DNA of 64,000 nucleotides from Dendrobates tinctorius (Eukaryota): NCBI RefSeq assembly GCF_039654945.1, contig NW_027361731.1, positions 186,001 to 250,000 of the forward strand, read 5' to 3'. Shown piece by piece: positions 59,921 to 64,000 of this stretch (position 1 is its first letter; each line of letters starts with the position of its first letter). The notes under the pieces were generated by a model. It saw only the letters and a program-made list of their open reading frames with translations, ran no database searches and was not told where the DNA came from. The position numbers and the translations under genes were made by a program.

Positions 59921-62900
59921 ACTTATGCTCCTGGGGTCCCGTCCTGGGGTCCTGTCGAGTGCGCACGCGCATCTCCCTTGTTTGACTCTGTGGTTGTTCA
60001 CTCGACTCCATTACTTTGTCAAGGGCGCATGCACTCACCTCTCTGACTGCAGCCGCGCCATCTCTATGGTCCTGGAGGACCTGACCCGGAAGTCCCAGCG
60101 CTCATGCCCTATATCAGGCTGCCTCTTCCTATGGGAGGCACCTGATTATTGTTGTGCTTCCTTGCTAGGCCTGCTTGGTCCCTGCTTGGCCATCCTCTGT
60201 ACTCAGTTCCCCTGCCTTGTGCTCTGCTGTGCTTCTCAGCACACACTCTGCTTCTGCCCTGAGCTCTGTCGTGCTTCTCAGAACACGCTCTGCTTCTGCC
60301 CTGAGCTCTGTCGTGCTTCTCAGCACACGCTCTGCTTCTGCCCTGTGCTCTGTCGTGCTTCTCAGTACACGCTCTGCTTCTTCCCTGAGCTCTGTCGTGC
60401 TTCTCAGCACACGCTCTGCTTCTGCCCTGTGCTCTGTTGTGCTCCTTAGCACACGCTCTGTACTCAGGCGTGCTTTCCAGCACGCGCTCTACCTTGCCTC
60501 AAACCCGGGCATGCTTCTCAGTGCACGATATTCGCACTCCCTTACCCAGCGTGCCTCCGTGTACTTGCCCTGCACTGTCCAATACTCAGCGTGCCCCCGT
60601 GTACACGCCCTGTACTGTCCTGAACCCTGCGTGCCTCCGTGAACTCGCCCTGCACGATCCTATACACAGCGTGCCCCTGTGTCCACGCTTTGCACATTCC
60701 TGTATCCTGCGTTTTCTCTCCTGCACCTTGCTAGACACACTCTCTCGCGTCCTCTGTGAGCCGGTCACCTGGTTCCAGCATTCGTGGTACTTTACCCCCC
60801 GGGGTCTGCCCCTGACCCTCCCTGTATAAGGGGTGGTCCTCACAAGGTCAGCTCGCCCTGGGTGGGTTGGTATCACAACCCAGAGTGTCCACTCCAGGAG
60901 TTGTCACAGTATAATCAGGCAATGGACCCCGCTGGTACCACGGCCTCTCCTCAAAAGGAACTGGTGTTTCTACGGTAGAATCAAACTAGGATTATGTCCT
61001 TTTTGAAATCTATGGAGTCCTGCTTGTCGGCCTTACAGTCCTTTGATCCTGGGAATGCCTTCCAGTTGGCCAGTCTCCAACATGAGCTCACTCAGCAACG
61101 CGACACCCAGGCCCACATTCTCAACCACATGGCGTCAGTAGATAACCAACTCCTTTCCCTACATTCTGTTGCCTCCGTTTCTGCCCAAGCCTCGATCTCG
61201 CACCCACTGCCCCGTTTATGCAAACCACCCCGATACAGTGGTGATCCCAAATTGTGTCGAGGTTTTTTTGAACCAATGCCGCTTATATTTTGAGCTCCTG
61301 CAGCAGCAATATCCCACCGATCGCGCTAAGGTGGGCTTTATAGTTTCCCACTTAAAGGGGGAGGTGTTAGCATGGGTGAATCCCCAATGGGAGTGAGATG
61401 ATCCACTCGTCTCTCAGCTCTCCACCTTTTTGGACACCTTCCGCAAGGTGTTCGACAAGCCGGTCGTCTAGCTTCCACCACCGAGTCCCTCTTCCAACTC
61501 CATCAGGGTACCTTATCAGTTGGACAATATGCCATCCGTTTTCGCACTTTGTCCTCCGAACTCCGTTGGAACAACCAGGCCCTCGTAGGGGCCTTTTGGC
61601 GTGGCCTGTCTGGTCGGATTAAAGACGAACTGGCGGGACGGGATACCCTTACCTCTTTAAAGCATCTAATCTCTCTTGCGACATGCATTGATCTGCGCTT
61701 CCAAGAGTGTACCCGTGAGGCAGCCAGAAAGAGAAGACCTCCTCGTCTCTCCTCGTCTACTCCCAGTCCTTCCCACTTGCGATCCATGCCTTCTTCTGTG
61801 GGCCCCGTATCTGAGCCTATGCAGGTGGACCGTCCCAAGATGGCTGAACGGAGTCGTATGGAGAGGCTTGCACAAGGACTCTGTTTTTACTGTGGGAGTC
61901 CTTCTCATCGCCTTCATTCCTGTTCCAAGAAGCCGGGAAACTTCTCCACCTAGGATTGGTAGGAGATGCCTCCCTAGGTTTACGTGATTCCTCTCCTCCC
62001 CTGACCGTGTCTGTTTTGCTGAATTTTGTTTTCAAGCGTTTTTCTGATGAGGCTTATATAGATTCAGGCGCGGCCGGGAACTTTATCAGGCTCGATGCGG
62101 TTAAAAAATATCGGATTCCTGTCAGATCCCTGTAGACTCCTCGGCTAATAGCTTCGGTCGACGGTAAACCCTTGCAGGAGACCGTTACCCAGGTCACTGA
62201 AGAAATTGAGCTGCAGATTGGAGCCCTTCATCGAGAGAAGATCTCCTTCCACGTCCTGTCGACTTTGTCTCACACGCTTCTTGGTCTCCCTTGGTTACGG
62301 ACTCATGAGCCAAGCCTGGACTGGCGATCCGTTGATATTCTCCATTGGGGACCATCCTGTCAGAAGAAGTGCCTGCTGTCCGTCCAGCCGATGGGTTCTG
62401 CCTGTCCGTCCTTGGTACCCACAGGTCTGCCGTCGGCTTACTGGTCTTTCGCAGATGTCTTCGACAAAAAGGAAGCTGAGACTCTGCCTCCACATTGACC
62501 CTATGACTGTCCGATTGACCTTGTTCCTGGCTCTACCCCACCCAGGGGTAGATTATACCCGCTATCTCCTGCCGAAACCTAAGCTATGTCAGAGTATATC
62601 CAGGAGAATCTAGCTAGAGGTTTCATCCGCAAGTCTTCCTCGCTGACAGGTGCAGGGTTTTTCTTTGTCAAAAAAGGACGGCTCCCTCCATCCCTGCATA
62701 GATTATTGAGGGTTGAATTACATCACGGTCAAAAACAAGCATCCGCTGCCACTGATCCCAGAGCTCTTTGACCGGCTAAGAGGTGCACGAATTTTCACCA
62801 AGCTGTATCTTGGTGGGGCCTGCAACTTGGTCCATATCCGTTCCGGTGATGAGTGGAAGACGGCCTTTTAACACCCAAGATGGTCACTACGAATACTTAG

Positions 62901-64000
62901 TCATGCCCTTCAGCCTCTGCAACACTCCAGCAGTATTCCAGGAGTTCGTGAATGACGTTTTCTGGGATATGCTGTATTCCTGCATAGTGGTCTACCTGGA
63001 TGATATCCTCGTGTTTTCTCCAGACCTGTCGGCCCACCTAAAGTACCTACGCCAAGTACTCTTGCGTTTGAGGGAGAACCACCTTTACGCCAAGATCGAG
63101 AAATGCATTTTCGAACAAACGTCCTTGCTGTTCTTGGGGTACATTATCTCGGACTCTGGTCTACGCATTGATCCGGCGAAAGTGTCCACCATTCTCAATT
63201 GGCCACGGCCCCATGGGGTGAAGGCAATCCAACGCTTTCTTGGCTTTGTGAACTACTATCGGCAGTTCGTTCCCCATTTCTCCTCGTTGGTTCATCCTAT
63301 CTCATCCCTCATCCACAAAGGAGCTAACCCAAATGCTTGGCCTCCTGAGGCAGAGGACGCCTTCCAATATTTGAAGCAAGCCTTTGCCTCTGCTCCAGTG
63401 CTTCATTGTCCTGAGGTTAGTAAACCTTTCACTCTCGAGTTGGACGCATCTTCCACCGGTGTTGGCACAGTCCTTTTGCAGAAGTCTTCTTCTGGATGCC
63501 TAGTCACCTGTGGCTTCTTTTCTAAAGCATTCTCCCTGACTGAGCGAAATTACTCCATTGGGGACAAAGAGCTATTGGCCATTAAATTGGCCTTGGAGGA
63601 ATGGAGATACTTACTGGAAGGTGTCATAGATCCATTCAAGATCTTCACGGACCATAAGAACTTGGCGTACATCCAGTCTGCACAAAGGCTCAATCTGCAG
63701 CAAGCCAGGTGGTCATTGTTCTTTGCCCGCTTTGACTTTGAACTTCATTTCCGGCCTGGCGATAAAAACGTTAAAGCCGATGCTTTGTCTAGGTCTTTCC
63801 AGTCCACCGATACTGAAGAAGAACCTGCATATATCATCGACCCCTCCAAAATAATTATTGTGGCTCCAGTCAACTTGACTTCATTACCCCCAGGAAAGAC
63901 CTTTGTGGCTGAGAGCAATCGAAAACGAGTGTTATGCTGGGGACATTCTTACAAAATTGCCGACCATGTTGGAGTCAAGAAGACTCTCTCCCTGTTGTCC
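59921..64000 (+). mobile_element. Gypsy (Tf1/sushi-like) element: 5'-clipped LTR to 60908, gag 60922-61953, pol (PR, RT, RH) running off the window; degenerate
   Basis: PPRYSGDPKLCRGF, CFYCGSPSHRLHSC knuckle, YIDSGA, YLDDIL, LDAS, FTDHKNL; 42-bp tandem repeats at 60222-60460 in the LTR. Confidence 0.92.
61935..61979 (+). promoter_or_regulatory. -1 ribosomal frameshift signal between gag and pol
   Basis: G GGA AAC heptamer in the gag frame; downstream stem acctagg/cctaggt; the -1 frame is open to the protease YIDSG. Confidence 0.8.

Overview
This is vertebrate genomic DNA. The repeat families and the XlCGF/XlCOF-type zinc-finger exon point to an anuran amphibian (inference). About 90% of the window is nested transposable elements: L1/Tx1-type LINEs, CR1, Penelope, several chromodomain Ty3/Gypsy (Tf1/sushi-like) LTR elements, a complete DIRS tyrosine-recombinase element, hAT, Tc1, a piggyBac-like element, and Harbinger- and Kolobok/T2-type MITEs. 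Most boundaries are fixed to the base by target-site duplications (TSDs). The only host gene seen is the last exon of a C2H2 zinc-finger gene (44491-45674), whose stop codon lies at the junction with an inserted MITE. The most notable observations are: (i) a ~3.1-kb non-autonomous LTR element whose single reconstructed ORF fuses Gag in frame to the integrase zinc-binding domain, with no PR/RT/RH/IN core; (ii) a clean in-frame spliceosomal intron in the DIRS gag ORF; (iii) tRNA-independent self-priming signatures in four different LTR families, three of them with a clear hairpin between the TATA box and the putative start; (iv) a 2.8-kb hAT foldback that is a nearly spacerless palindrome; (v) a five-level nested insertion stack covering 4342-27616. 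Everything was read by eye and no database searches were run.
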